In this document: piece by piece, positions 36,449 through 45,834 of the stretch | How the letters are laid out: each line of letters opens with the position of its first letter | Position numbering within the stretch: position 1 is the first letter of the stretch | DNA from: Candidatus Saccharimonadota bacterium | GTDB lineage: Bacteria; Patescibacteriota; Saccharimonadia; UBA4664 | Length of the DNA stretch: 64,000 bases | Direction: 5' to 3' | NCBI GenBank assembly: GCA_019352195.1 | Contig: JACAFG010000005.1 | Coordinates: 92,287 to 156,286, forward strand | Program-made: the position numbers and the translations under genes | Notes under the pieces: generated by a model | The model's input: only the letters and a program-made list of their open reading frames with translations | Told to the model about the DNA's origin: nothing | Database searches by the model: none

Positions 36449-38085
36449 GCTCGTACCTGTGCGGCCGCTTGTTTGAGACTGGCCTGCATAAAACCATTAA
36501 ACAGCGGATGCGCGCGATACGGGCGGCTTTTAAATTCAGGATGGAACTGGCTGGCGACAAAATAGGGATGATCACGTAGCTCAACGACTTCAACGAGCTT
36601 TCCGTCCGGCGACAGGCCAACCAAATTAAGCCCGGCGGCAGTTAGCTGATCGCGGTAGTCATTATTTACTTCCCAACGGTGCCGGTGCCGCTCGGTAATT
36701 TTGGTATTACCGTAGAGCATGGCCGACTTTGAACGTCGCTCGAGGACACAGGGATAATCGCCCAGACGCATGGTGCCACCTTTGGTCTCGACGCCACGCT
36801 GATCGGCCATAAGGTCGATAACCGGGTATGGCGTGTTGGGGTCTACCTCGGTGGTATGGGCACCCGTCAGGCCGCTATTGCGAGCCACTGCAATAACGGC
36901 TGTCTGGAGACCCAAACACAGCCCGAGGTACGGAATACCGTGCTTGATGGCGTATTGGCCCGCAATAATCTTGCCTTCGACGCCGCGGCTGCCAAATCCG
37001 CCGGGCACTACCAAACCGTCGTAACCTGCTAGTAAGTCGGCCGGTTCGGCGCTTTCCAAAGCTTCGGCGTCAATCCAGCTAATCTGCGGCTGGATCGAAT
37101 TGGCCCAGCCGGCGGCTTTGATGGCCTCAAAGACGCTCATATAGGTATCTTCGTTGTCCATATACTTGGCTACTACACCAATGCGCAGAACGCGGTGGTC
37201 GGGATGTTTAATGAGCGATACCAATTTTTCCCAGGCGTCTAGTTTTGCTTTGCGGTCTTTGACACCGAGGTGGCGACAAATATAGTTGGGGATGCCCGAT
37301 TGCTCAAGCAGAAGCGGCACTTCATAAACCGTTTTGGCCGTTGGCATAGGAATAATTGCGTCTTCATCAACGTCACCAAATAAGGCAATTTTGGTTAATA
37401 CGCCTTTGGTGAGCGGCTTTTCGGCGCGCGCCACAACCACGTCGGCTTGAATACCGGCTTCACGTAAATCCCGAATGGCGTTTTGCGCTGGCTTGGTTTT
37501 AAGTTCGTGGGACGCTTCTAGGTACGGGACATACACCAGATGCATTGATAGCGTACTGGCGTGGCCGACGCGGCGGCGAAACTGGCGGATGGCTTCTAAC
37601 GTGGCTTGGGACTCGTAGTCCCCCACTGTGCCGCCAACCTCAACGATGTGAAAATCAAAGCCACGGCCAGCGGTAAGGATTTGATCCTGAATTTCGTTGG
37701 TCACATGGGGAATAATTTGTACGGTTTTACCTAAATATTTGCCGGCGCGCTCATCGGCAATAATTTTAGCGTAAATCCGGCCGTTCATGACGGAGCTGCT
37801 TTGGGTGAGCTCATCATCGAGGAACCGCTCGTAGTGGCCAAGATCCAAATCGGTCTCGGCGCCGTCTTTGGTTACAAAGCATTCACCGTGCTCGGCTGGG
37901 TTGAGCGTACCGGCGTCGGTATTAAAGTAGGGATCGAGTTTTTGGAGGTTAACTTTGAATCCGCGAGCTTTGAGGGTGGTTCCGAGCGAAGCGGCGGTGA
38001 TGCCTTTACCGAGTCCCGAAAGCACTCCGCCGGTCACAAAGATGTACTTCGTGGTAACTTCCGCCACGCGTTCCCCTCTCAACAA
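36445..38085 (-). CDS. pyrG: CTP synthase
   Basis: MTTKYIFVTGGVLSGLGKGITAASLG N-terminus. Glutamine amidotransferase C-terminal domain. Confidence 0.92.
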   Translation of the reverse strand: MLRGERVAEVTTKYIFVTGGVLSGLGKGITAASLGTTLKARGFKVNLQKLDPYFNTDAGTLNPAEHGECFVTKDGAETDLDLGHYERFLDDELTQSSSVMNGRIYAKIIADERAGKYLGKTVQIIPHVTNEIQDQILTAGRGFDFHIVEVGGTVGDYESQATLEAIRQFRRRVGHASTLSMHLVYVPYLEASHELKTKPAQNAIRDLREAGIQADVVVARAEKPLTKGVLTKIALFGDVDEDAIIPMPTAKTVYEVPLLLEQSGIPNYICRHLGVKDRKAKLDAWEKLVSLIKHPDHRVLRIGVVAKYMDNEDTYMSVFEAIKAAGWANSIQPQISWIDAEALESAEPADLLAGYDGLVVPGGFGSRGVEGKIIAGQYAIKHGIPYLGLCLGLQTAVIAVARNSGLTGAHTTEVDPNTPYPVIDLMADQRGVETKGGTMRLGDYPCVLERRSKSAMLYGNTKITERHRHRWEVNNDYRDQLTAAGLNLVGLSPDGKLVEVVELRDHPYFVASQFHPEFKSRPYRAHPLFNGFMQASLKQAAAQVRA

Positions 38086-38225
38086 TTGTATTCAGTATAC
38101 GTGGTTAAGCTTGTGACCCGCAAGCTAAACTGTTGAGGAGCCCCGCCGAAATTATTTGGCGGGGCTCCTGAGTCGGCGTTAGGGGCCGACGAGTTGGGGC
38201 CTGGGCGGACATTGTGACTAAACAG

Positions 38226-38414
38226 TCAGGGGTGCTGATCAACCCGATCTATCCAAGCAAGTCCAGATGGGTCGGTTTCGAGATGACAAGTCGGACAACG
38301 AAACCACACGGGAGCTCGATGCAGGTGTGACGTAAACTGTTCAAGTTGGATCATGCAACGTGGACAAGACCGGGCGGTTTGGGTAGCTGGCAGGTTGAGG
38401 GTTGCGTTGATCAT
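38226..38414 (-). CDS. small zinc-ribbon protein (two CxxC pairs), in a short GC-rich segment
   Basis: CPRC ... CPTC spacing. A perfect hairpin terminator lies at 38131-38162 downstream. Confidence 0.3.
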   Translation of the reverse strand: MINATLNLPATQTARSCPRCMIQLEQFTSHLHRAPVWFRCPTCHLETDPSGLAWIDRVDQHP

Positions 38415-38506
38415 TGGGACCCTTCGGCTCGAGCATTGGGTGGGCTACGATGCATGCTGTTCGAGTGCGGCGGATGAACGACCCCGCAGCTCGTTTTGAT
38501 CTTGAT

Positions 38507-39482
38507 CTATTTTAGCTGGTTGAGGGCGGCGTCGAGCTGCGGATCGCGGTTATTGTTGTAATCATCGGGCGTGAGCTGCACGACGACGTCAGGCGTGATC
38601 CCCTTTTGACCAATGTTGATGCCATTGGGGGTGAACCAGTGAGCTACGGTGACTTTGAGTTCACCACCGCCGGACAGATTCTTGATCTCCTGGGCCCTCG
38701 GGCAGGAATTCGCTGGCAACCGTAACACCGGCGTCGAGGAAGCCGCCCGGATTGTCACGCAGATCCAAAATGATCTTGCTGGCGCCCTGCTGCTTGAGTG
38801 ACGTCGCAGCTTTATCGATGAGCTCTGACGTATCGGAACCGAAGGTGCGAATTTGGATGTAGCCAATCGTACTGGTTTTCATACTCGAGGTGACGCTGGG
38901 CACCGTAATGTTGGCGCGGGTAATTTTGACGTCGAAGGCGGGGGCATTGCCTCGTACAATCGTCAGCGTAACTACTGTACCGGCTGTCCCACGGATCTTG
39001 GTGACGGCGGCATCGACCGTCAGTCCGCTCGTTGAGGTACCGTCGATTTTGGCAATAATATCGCTCGAACGAAGTCCTGCCGCGGCGGCTGGCGTGTCTG
39101 GGACCGGTGAAACGACGGTTAGATAGTTATTTTTGAGCCCAACTTCGGCGCCAATGCCCGATAATTGTCCATTGAGCTGATCGTTGAGGGCTTTGGCATC
39201 GGTGGGGCTCAAATAGACAGTGTACGGATCGCCGGCGGACGACACGAGACCGGCCTTGGCACCTTCAAGGGCTTTCTCGGGGTCAACGTTACCGTCGAAA
39301 TTGCTCCTCAGCATACTGTAAATTTCATTGAGGCTTGAGAAGTCGAGCTTGCTCTGATGTAGCCCCGGCAACGTAATATAATCGCGGGCAATATCACCGG
39401 CGTAGAATGAGGCCACCATAAGTACGAGTACGATGAGGCCGCCGCTTAGTTTGCGAAGGACATCGGGTTTGAGGGTTTTCAT
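38507..39482 (-). pseudogene. ctpA: S41 C-terminal processing peptidase (Ctp) remnant. It has an N-terminal signal/TM and PDZ domain (39482-38661) and a C-terminal tail (38866-38507) in different frames, with the catalytic Ser/Lys segment apparently deleted.
   Basis: Frame A ends ... ILDLRDNPGGFLDAGVTVASEFLPEG at about 38690. Frame B resumes ... LSGGGELKVTVAHWFTPNGINIGQKGITPD. The expected VVLVNxGSASASE ... FGKG block is absent in all frames. Confidence 0.55.
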
Positions 39483-39553
39483 AGGTGGGCCTTTCGGATT
39501 ACCGCCTGTTAAAGCGGCTCAGGGGGAGCCGCTTTAAGGTCGCATATGTAATT

Positions 39554-40630
39554 TTAGTGAATGTAGTTGAAATAGCTCTTGGAATAGGTACCGTAGCGGA
39601 AGTGACCGTAACCGTCATAGTTCATTTCACTCACAATGACGTTGTCGCCTTGAATGGCCTCTACCACCGCAACGTGTCCGTAGGCTCCGGCACTGGTTTG
39701 GGCAATAGCCCCTACCTCTGGCGTACTGTCGACTCGGAAACCGTCGGCGCGGGCATATCCGGCCCAAGTGTTGGCATTGCCCCACCCGGTAGGAACGGCG
39801 CGACCCATGGAGGCACGACGCCATCCGGCCCAGGAGACACACTCGCGGTTGAGGCCCCAAGCCCCACCATAGCCGTAGGCATCTTGCGGAGCACTACACC
39901 AGGCGCTTGGATAGCCGCCATTGCCGTGGCCGTTGTCGCAGGCACCGCCCGACCCGCTCGAGGCACCGGGGATGGAGCCGCCGAAGCTGCGTGAGTTGGC
40001 GGCTAGGATGGCAGCCTGCTGCGCTTTGAGCGAAGCAATTTGCGAGTTGCTCTGCTTTACTTGCGCATTAGCGGCGTTAACGTTTTGCGCAGCGGTGGCC
40101 AGGAGCTGGTTGGCCTCAGCTTGGTTTGCGGCTAGTTGTTGGTTTTGGGTGTTTTCGTTGTCCAAAATAGCCGTAACTTGAGTTTTTTGGTCGGCCAGCT
40201 TAGCTTGAGTCGCCAATATGTCGGCCATGGCTGACTGAATTTTATTCTTAATGCTGTCCTGATACTGCTGTTGGTTGAAGTAGTCGCTTAAATTATTGCT
40301 GGAAGCAATCATTTCGATAGGTGTAATCGATGAATCAAGATACATGCTCTTGAGGTTATCGCCCAACGCGACTTTTTCGCTACTCAGTTTGGCCTCGTTA
40401 GAAGCAATATTTGCGGTCACCTGATTATACTGGGCTTGATTGAGGTTGATCTGAGCCTGCAGTGCGTTCATTTGGGCTTGCAGCTGCTGCACGCGAGCCT
40501 GGTAATCGTTGGCCTGCGCCGAGTACTGGTTGGCGGTGGCCTGTTGTTGACTGGCCTGAACTTTGAGCGCGGCGATTTGCTGGTCGAACTGATCAGCTAA
40601 GGCTGCACTCGAAAACAAAGAACAGACCAC
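39554..40630 (-). CDS. coiled-coil + CHAP-domain peptidoglycan hydrolase (PcsB/CwlO-like). The N-terminus is unresolved: the signal peptide extends upstream of the first canonical start.
   Basis: About 200 aa Q/A-rich coiled coil. C-terminal CHAP domain (CVSWAGWRR ... GHVAVVE ... MNYDGYGHFRY). The in-frame upstream sequence KFTNLSQTVIRAIAAVVVCSLFSSAALA looks like the signal peptide but contains no ATG/GTG/TTG before the TAG. Confidence 0.7.
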   Translation of the reverse strand: MVCSLFSSAALADQFDQQIAALKVQASQQQATANQYSAQANDYQARVQQLQAQMNALQAQINLNQAQYNQVTANIASNEAKLSSEKVALGDNLKSMYLDSSITPIEMIASSNNLSDYFNQQQYQDSIKNKIQSAMADILATQAKLADQKTQVTAILDNENTQNQQLAANQAEANQLLATAAQNVNAANAQVKQSNSQIASLKAQQAAILAANSRSFGGSIPGASSGSGGACDNGHGNGGYPSAWCSAPQDAYGYGGAWGLNRECVSWAGWRRASMGRAVPTGWGNANTWAGYARADGFRVDSTPEVGAIAQTSAGAYGHVAVVEAIQGDNVIVSEMNYDGYGHFRYGTYSKSYFNYIH

Positions 40631-40893
40631 AACCGCAGCAATGGCGCGGATGACGGTCTGTGATAGATTGGTGAACTTAGTACGGATAGTCTTGCCCCTC
40701 CAAGCACTTTCAATGATATAGCATATGTTCTATCTGTCAAACTGGTTGTGCTATTGACCTTATTCACAAGAAATGGGCCTATTTAATAGCTGAGTTTTAG
40801 ATGAATACATTACGAGAGGTTTTATCTGGTGGCAACTCCGAACACTGTATTTTGGCATGGAATGAGCTGAGGATGTTCGTTTGTTCGGCTGGA

Positions 40894-41808
40894 CTAGAGT
40901 TTGAGATATCGGCTCATAGCTAAAATTGATGAGACGGCGCCAATAATAATTCCGAGCAGCAGTTCACCGCCTAAGATCACAAACGGATAGGATTGGAAGA
41001 AGCTGATGGTAGAACCAAAGTCGATATAACTAGCCACCTTGGGCGCACTACTCAAGAGAACTAGATACGAGAAGGTTACGGCAACGATGGCCGCGATAAT
41101 TCCGTAAAGGGCCGCCTCAAAAATAAACGGTCCGCGAATAAACCATTTGGTGGCACCGACAAGCTTCATGATTTCGATTTCATCGCGCCGGGTAAAAATG
41201 GCCATTCTGATGGTGTTGAAAATGATCAGTGTCGAAATGACGACAAAGACAATACTGGCTGCTAAGCCCGCAGTTTTGAAGAAGTTAGCAAAGTGAACAA
41301 TACGGTCGATGGTTTCTTTGCGGCCGCCCGTGTAGCTTGGTGGGGCGGTGGGATCGAGCAGACTTTGGTTGGCCTGCTGACTCACGACTGCTTCGATAGC
41401 GTCGAGATGTTTGGGATCGATGGCTTTTACCTCAATTGAAGACGGCAAAACATTGCCAGCTGTATCGAGCGCCTGGATGAGCGATGGCTTATCTTTGTTT
41501 TGGTTCTTATAGTTAGCAACTGCCTGATCAGGGCTGACATACATGAGGCTCGCGACGTTACCGCTGCTTTTGAGGGCGGCTTCGAAAGCAGCCACCTGAT
41601 CGGGCGTCGTGTTATTGTTGAGGAAAATCGAGACGTCAATTTTATCGGTCACCCCTTTGATGGTAGCGGTAAGGGCGAGGCTTGAGATAAACGACACAAT
41701 GACGATGATAAGGGTCACCGTCATAACGGCGGTAGCAGCAGTTGAGAGCCAGGCGTTACGCAGAAAGTTGCGGATGCCGCCGTGAAGTATTCGCCAAAAT
41801 TGCAGCAT
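40894..41808 (-). CDS. ftsX: cell division ABC transporter permease FtsX
   Basis: Four-TM FtsX topology with a large extracytoplasmic loop. Overlaps the ftsE stop. Confidence 0.85.
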   Translation of the reverse strand: MLQFWRILHGGIRNFLRNAWLSTAATAVMTVTLIIVIVSFISSLALTATIKGVTDKIDVSIFLNNNTTPDQVAAFEAALKSSGNVASLMYVSPDQAVANYKNQNKDKPSLIQALDTAGNVLPSSIEVKAIDPKHLDAIEAVVSQQANQSLLDPTAPPSYTGGRKETIDRIVHFANFFKTAGLAASIVFVVISTLIIFNTIRMAIFTRRDEIEIMKLVGATKWFIRGPFIFEAALYGIIAAIVAVTFSYLVLLSSAPKVASYIDFGSTISFFQSYPFVILGGELLLGIIIGAVSSILAMSRYLKL

Positions 41809-42551
41809 TAGTTTTGTGCCTCAACCCCAGTGGCAATGCCCTTGGTAGCGCCCTTGAGGGTCGTTGGGTTTTCTAAGGTGTAGCGTCCCTGTTCATCATC
41901 GCGGATGATGCGGCCGCGGTTGATCGTGATAACACGTCGTTTGAGGGCGTTTACAATTTCTTTGTTGTGCGTAGTGAGCAGCACGGTGGTACCAAAACGG
42001 TTAATTTTGAGCAAAAGCTCGATAATTTGCCAGGCATTGCCGGGGTCGAGGTTACCGGTTGGTTCGTCGGCGATAAGAATTTTGGGCTGGCGAATGAGCG
42101 CCCGGGCAATGGCGACACGCTGACGCTCACCACCTGACAGTTCGTGCGGGTACATGTTTTGCTTGGCCGATAGGCCAACGAGGGTGAGCATCTTGGGTAC
42201 AGCGCGCTTAATTTCGCGCTGGCGGGCCCCCGAAACTTCGAGCGCAAAGGCGACATTTTCACCTACGCGGCGGTTGGGTAGGAGTTTAAAATCTTGAAAC
42301 ACCACCCCAATGCGACGGCGCACGAGCGGCACGTCTTTCGCGGTAATCGTGTCGTAATCAAGTCCACCGACAATGATTTTGCCTGAACTATGCGTTTCTT
42401 CGCGCGTCAGAAGCTTGATGAGCGTACTCTTGCCGGCGCCACTGGAACCCACAATAGTCACAAATTCTTTAGGCTCAATATGAAGATTGAGACCCGATAA
42501 CGCCGTTTGGCCGTTCGGATATACTTTGGTAACTCGATCGAATAGAATCAT
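41808..42551 (-). CDS. ftsE: cell division ABC transporter ATP-binding protein FtsE
   Basis: Walker A GSSGAGKST. ABC signature LSGGERQRVAIARAL. Walker B ILIADEPT. About 247 aa. Confidence 0.9.
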   Translation of the reverse strand: MILFDRVTKVYPNGQTALSGLNLHIEPKEFVTIVGSSGAGKSTLIKLLTREETHSSGKIIVGGLDYDTITAKDVPLVRRRIGVVFQDFKLLPNRRVGENVAFALEVSGARQREIKRAVPKMLTLVGLSAKQNMYPHELSGGERQRVAIARALIRQPKILIADEPTGNLDPGNAWQIIELLLKINRFGTTVLLTTHNKEIVNALKRRVITINRGRIIRDDEQGRYTLENPTTLKGATKGIATGVEAQN

Positions 42552-42606
42552 TACCGTCTCATCTTATCATAGAGTGAACTTGGTTGTGGTTAGGATAGGC
42601 GGTACA

Positions 42607-42645
42607 TGATTGAGGACGATCCTGGTGACAAGATCGTCCTCAATT
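42607..42645. promoter_or_regulatory. perfect 13-bp inverted repeat ATTGAGGACGATC-(10 nt)-GATCGTCCTCAAT at the junction between the ftsE upstream region and GC-rich island 5
   Basis: Seen directly. Lies about 60 bp upstream of the ftsE start codon. Confidence 0.4.
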
Positions 42646-43040
42646 GTCGTGAGAGACGGGCGATGATTTTGCGGCTTATTTCATTAGCCGCGGGGTGGCC
42701 TCAACTGGCTGGGACGGGCCCGGTTGGGCGGCGGACCGATGCTGGCCATGGCTTCGAGGGCACGGTTACCTCGATGGTTGCGTTGGGCGCCGGTGTGTCG
42801 AGTAATCGATTTCCGGCCGGCTCGGCCAAATAAGGTAGGCCGTCGGAGTTCTGGCCGGCGATGCCGGCGAAGGTCAGATGACGCAAGAAGCTGCCGACTT
42901 CGACGGCGAACTGGCTGGCGGTCGTGTCAGTCCCCTCGTCCCCAATTGCTACCAGAAACTTCGTCCGGCATTTGCGGCAGCGCCGATCGACTGATGGCAC
43001 ACGTATGCCGCACGCCCCACACGTGTAGGGACCGCCAACA

Positions 43041-43156
43041 CGAAATTAAGCGCGCTGTGCCCAAGATGCTCACCCTCGTTGGCCTATCGGCCAAGCAAAA
43101 CATGTACCCGCACGAACTGTCAGGTGGTGAGCGTCAGCGTGTCGCCATTGCCCGGG
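43041..43156 (+). repeat. 116-bp inverted duplicate (115/116 identical) of an internal ftsE segment (42101-42216, encoding EIKRAVPKMLTLVGLSAKQNMYPHELSGGERQRVAIAR)
   Basis: Direct sequence comparison. The single difference is a synonymous T/C (GTA vs GTG, Val). Confidence 0.85.
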
Positions 43157-43200
43157 GCAATTATTATCCCAAACATGTCATACTAGTTAAAGGTAGCCCA

Positions 43201-43569
43201 ATGAGCGAATACCCAAACCATATACGAGCGCAGTTTGATGAGGCGGTAACGTCGAGTCCCGACGCGCTGCTGTGTATTCTCAACCCGGCGGGCCAGCTGC
43301 TCGCGGTCTCGCCTTCAGTCGAGCCGATTCATGGCTATCTCCCGTCTGAAGTGGTTGGGACTAACTTTTCCATCTACTTTGATGCCGATGACGTAAATCA
43401 TCTAAGGTTAGTTATCCAAGATTGTATTCTAACCGGGCAATCCATCGAAGCAAGCCGCCGCGTTAAGCACAAAACTGGCGCCTACCGGCGAATGCGTGGG
43501 GCTGCCACCAAACTTGAGGATGATGCTACAGGTGATGCCTATATTCTCTCAATTGCTCGGCCGGTTTAG
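43201..43569 (+). CDS. small stand-alone PAS-domain protein
   Basis: About 122 aa. A PAS-like fold is inferred from ... LCILNPAGQLLAVSPSVEPIHGYLPSEVVGTNFSIYFDADD ... The ORF track fuses it to upstream junk (42724..). Confidence 0.45.
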   Translation: MSEYPNHIRAQFDEAVTSSPDALLCILNPAGQLLAVSPSVEPIHGYLPSEVVGTNFSIYFDADDVNHLRLVIQDCILTGQSIEASRRVKHKTGAYRRMRGAATKLEDDATGDAYILSIARPV

Positions 43570-43682
43570 CTGGCGTTCGCAGCAAAAAACTACGCGAACT
43601 ACCCGGCCAAGTGGTACAAATAAGCATAATTGTCAGCAAAAAGTAACATTATTAGCCATATTGCAGTTATCAGGTACAAATT

Positions 43683-43713
43683 CATTGACACAAATGTCAA
43701 TGTGTCCTAACAT
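43683..43713 (+). promoter_or_regulatory. promoter with a palindromic operator: CATTGACA-caaa-TGTCAATG overlapping a TTGACA -35; TAACAT -10 lies 17 nt downstream
   Basis: Lies in a locally AT-rich spacer inside the GC-rich island, 75 nt upstream of the TasA-like gene. Confidence 0.45.
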
Positions 43714-43787
43714 ATCTTGGTGTCGTCTATCCAGGCGATCGTTCCACCACGTGTTCGAGGAATCGAGCACGCGACAAAAGGAGTCCC

Positions 43788-44462
43788 ATGTCCAGTTCCA
43801 AGCCCAGCGTGAACCCCGATGCCAAGCCCAAGCGGAAGCGTCGCGGTCTCGTAGCCCTCTTCTGTTCCGTCTTGCTCTGCGGCGGCCTCTTCGTGTTCCT
43901 CGGTTAGGCCAGCACCGGTGCCTACTTCAGCGACACCAAGGCCGGCACCGTCTCCGGTACCGTCGGATCCATCAAGATCACGGGTACCGGCGGCTCGGGC
44001 GCCGACAATCTCTCGGTCAGCTTCGATCGGCTGCTGCCGGGTGAGAACCAGTCGGTGACGACGTCATGGACGAACACCGGCCTCAACAAAGAAGACGTCT
44101 TCGTGGTGTTCTCGAACCCTGACGCGCTGCACGCGCTGAACAACCTCGGGACCTACGGTGAGGTCCACATCGTGGGCAACAACGGACCGGTCTTCGACAG
44201 CGCCAACCTCAACGACAATTCGGCGTCATGTGTCACGTTCTCGCCGTCGGGATGTTGGCCGGTCGCCAAGAGCTACAAGATCGGCACCAACATCACCCCC
44301 GGAGGCACCGGATCCTGGACGTTCACCTTCGGGTACGCCTCCAAGCTGTCGACTCAGTCCGCCGCCGGCGGTGGCGATTGGAACTCCTACCCCTTGGGTG
44401 GGCCGACCAACTCCGGTCTTCCGTACCAGCTGGTCGCGGTCCAGCCGGGCCAGACCCCGTAG
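43788..44462 (+). pseudogene. TasA/camelysin-family secreted protein with a SipW-cognate-class signal peptide, interrupted by a single in-frame TAG at 43905-43907
   Basis: AAAGGAG RBS. MSSSKPSVNPDAKPKRKRRGLVALFCSVLLCGGLFVFLG-TAG-ASTGAYFSDTKAGTVSG ... (the AxFSD(T)E motif). Same frame throughout. Confidence 0.6.
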
Positions 44463-44520
44463 TACCACTTAGGTGGCGCGGGCAACGTCTGTCCGCGCCA
44501 CCTAGGTCCTACCACAAGGA

Positions 44521-45042
44521 GTGGACATAGTGCCAAAATGGCTCAGTATCACCGTCAGTGCCCTCGTCTTTGCTGCCATGGTGGTAGTAAGCCTGTCGCT
44601 TCTGATGTCACACCACCTCTATGTGGTGCGCACGGGCTCAATGGGAAACACCTACCCGCCCAAGACGCTCGTCGTCGTCAAGGTTGGTGAGTACCATGTG
44701 GGACAAGTTATCTCGTTCCGCGAGCATGGCGATATCACCACCCACCGCCTCCTCGGCTTCAACGCCGACGGTACGCTCATCACCAAAGGCGACGCCAACG
44801 ACACTCCCGATCCCTGGACTCTCCACCGCTCCGACATTATCGGTGGCGTCACTGGCTCGGTTCGCGGCCTCGGCTACTGGTTCATCTATGCGAAGAACCC
44901 CTACGGCCTCGGCTCCATGGTTTGCTTAGTCCTCGCGATCTGGCTGTCCATCAAACTTTACCGCGAGATGACTCCTGAGACCGACGCAGAGTCCGACCCG
45001 CCCGACAATTCGCTCGAGGATCTCATCCTGAGCTCCTCCTGA
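44521..45042 (+). CDS. sipW: SipW-type (archaeal/ER-type, S26B) signal peptidase I
   Basis: N-terminal TM helix. VVRTGSMGNTYPPKTLVVV, then VGQVISFREHGDITTHRL and ITKGDANDTPDPW, compared from memory with B. subtilis SipW (SGSSMEP ... VTHRVIEV ... ITKGDNN ... D.W). C-terminal TM helix. GTG start with an AAGGAG RBS. Confidence 0.75.
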   Translation: MDIVPKWLSITVSALVFAAMVVVSLSLLMSHHLYVVRTGSMGNTYPPKTLVVVKVGEYHVGQVISFREHGDITTHRLLGFNADGTLITKGDANDTPDPWTLHRSDIIGGVTGSVRGLGYWFIYAKNPYGLGSMVCLVLAIWLSIKLYREMTPETDAESDPPDNSLEDLILSSS

Positions 45043-45105
45043 CCACCAGCCCTCGTCCGCAACTAGTTTTGCGCGGACGGGGGCTTCGTCTATTTTGCAG
45101 TTAGG

Positions 45106-45795
45106 CTACCACAACCAAAGTAAAATGTCTGCACCCCCAGAAGGAGTGCAGGCATTTGATTTTCGGACCTGACAAGACCAGTCGGTCATGCAGATATGCG
45201 GCACGCCAGCGATAATCGCACGCTTGGGGTTACCAGCCGCCGTCCACTCGTCGTGGGTGATGAGGATGGAAACGCTGCCCGCCTGGGCATTACAATCTGG
45301 AACTTCCCAGACGGGGGCGCTTACCTTGGCAATGACAAACCCATCGAGAAAGCGTCGCACCGGCGCGTAGCCGGAAGCGGCCCAGTCAACTCGTTGGATG
45401 TAGTGGTACTGATCGACGCCCGGCGAGCTGAAGAACACCTCGGCCGTCGATGTCATGTACCGCAGCACGTCGCTGTCGGGAATCCATCTCACTGTGTGAA
45501 TCGTCGGGTTACCCCAAGCCACCCGTTGGGCGTGGGACATATATGTCGCATGGCCACCGACCACCCGGTAGGCCCGTGCGTTCCACGAGTAGCGGACGTA
45601 GGATCCGGACGGCGTTGCAGCTTTGACAGTCTGAGCAAAGACAACTGACACAGTGGCAGGGCTGGCAGCCACGGGTGTGGCCGCCGAAGCCGTGCCAACC
45701 GTAGCAAAAACCACGATGCCCAGTGCGAGGATGAGACTGCTCGCCAACGTGACGAGGCGGTTCCTCCAGGGTATGGGAGTACGAACAGAAGACAT
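45106..45795 (-). CDS. secreted hypothetical protein (signal peptide; Cys/Trp-rich)
   Basis: N-terminal signal peptide MSSVRTPIPWRNRLVTLASSLILALGIVVFATVGTASA. No motif recognised. Confidence 0.4.
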   Translation of the reverse strand: MSSVRTPIPWRNRLVTLASSLILALGIVVFATVGTASAATPVAASPATVSVVFAQTVKAATPSGSYVRYSWNARAYRVVGGHATYMSHAQRVAWGNPTIHTVRWIPDSDVLRYMTSTAEVFFSSPGVDQYHYIQRVDWAASGYAPVRRFLDGFVIAKVSAPVWEVPDCNAQAGSVSILITHDEWTAAGNPKRAIIAGVPHICMTDWSCQVRKSNACTPSGGADILLWLW

Positions 45796-45834
45796 GATTG
45801 CCTTTCTTGAGGCAGTCGGGAACCTCCATTCCGT

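Noticed and set aside
42724-43569. 281-aa plus-strand ORF fusing an RG-rich N-terminus, the ftsE-fragment copy and the PAS domain
   Set aside because: The N-terminal 160 codons are GC-artefact sequence and the duplicated ftsE fragment. Only the C-terminal part from the ATG at 43201 with its own RBS looks like a gene.
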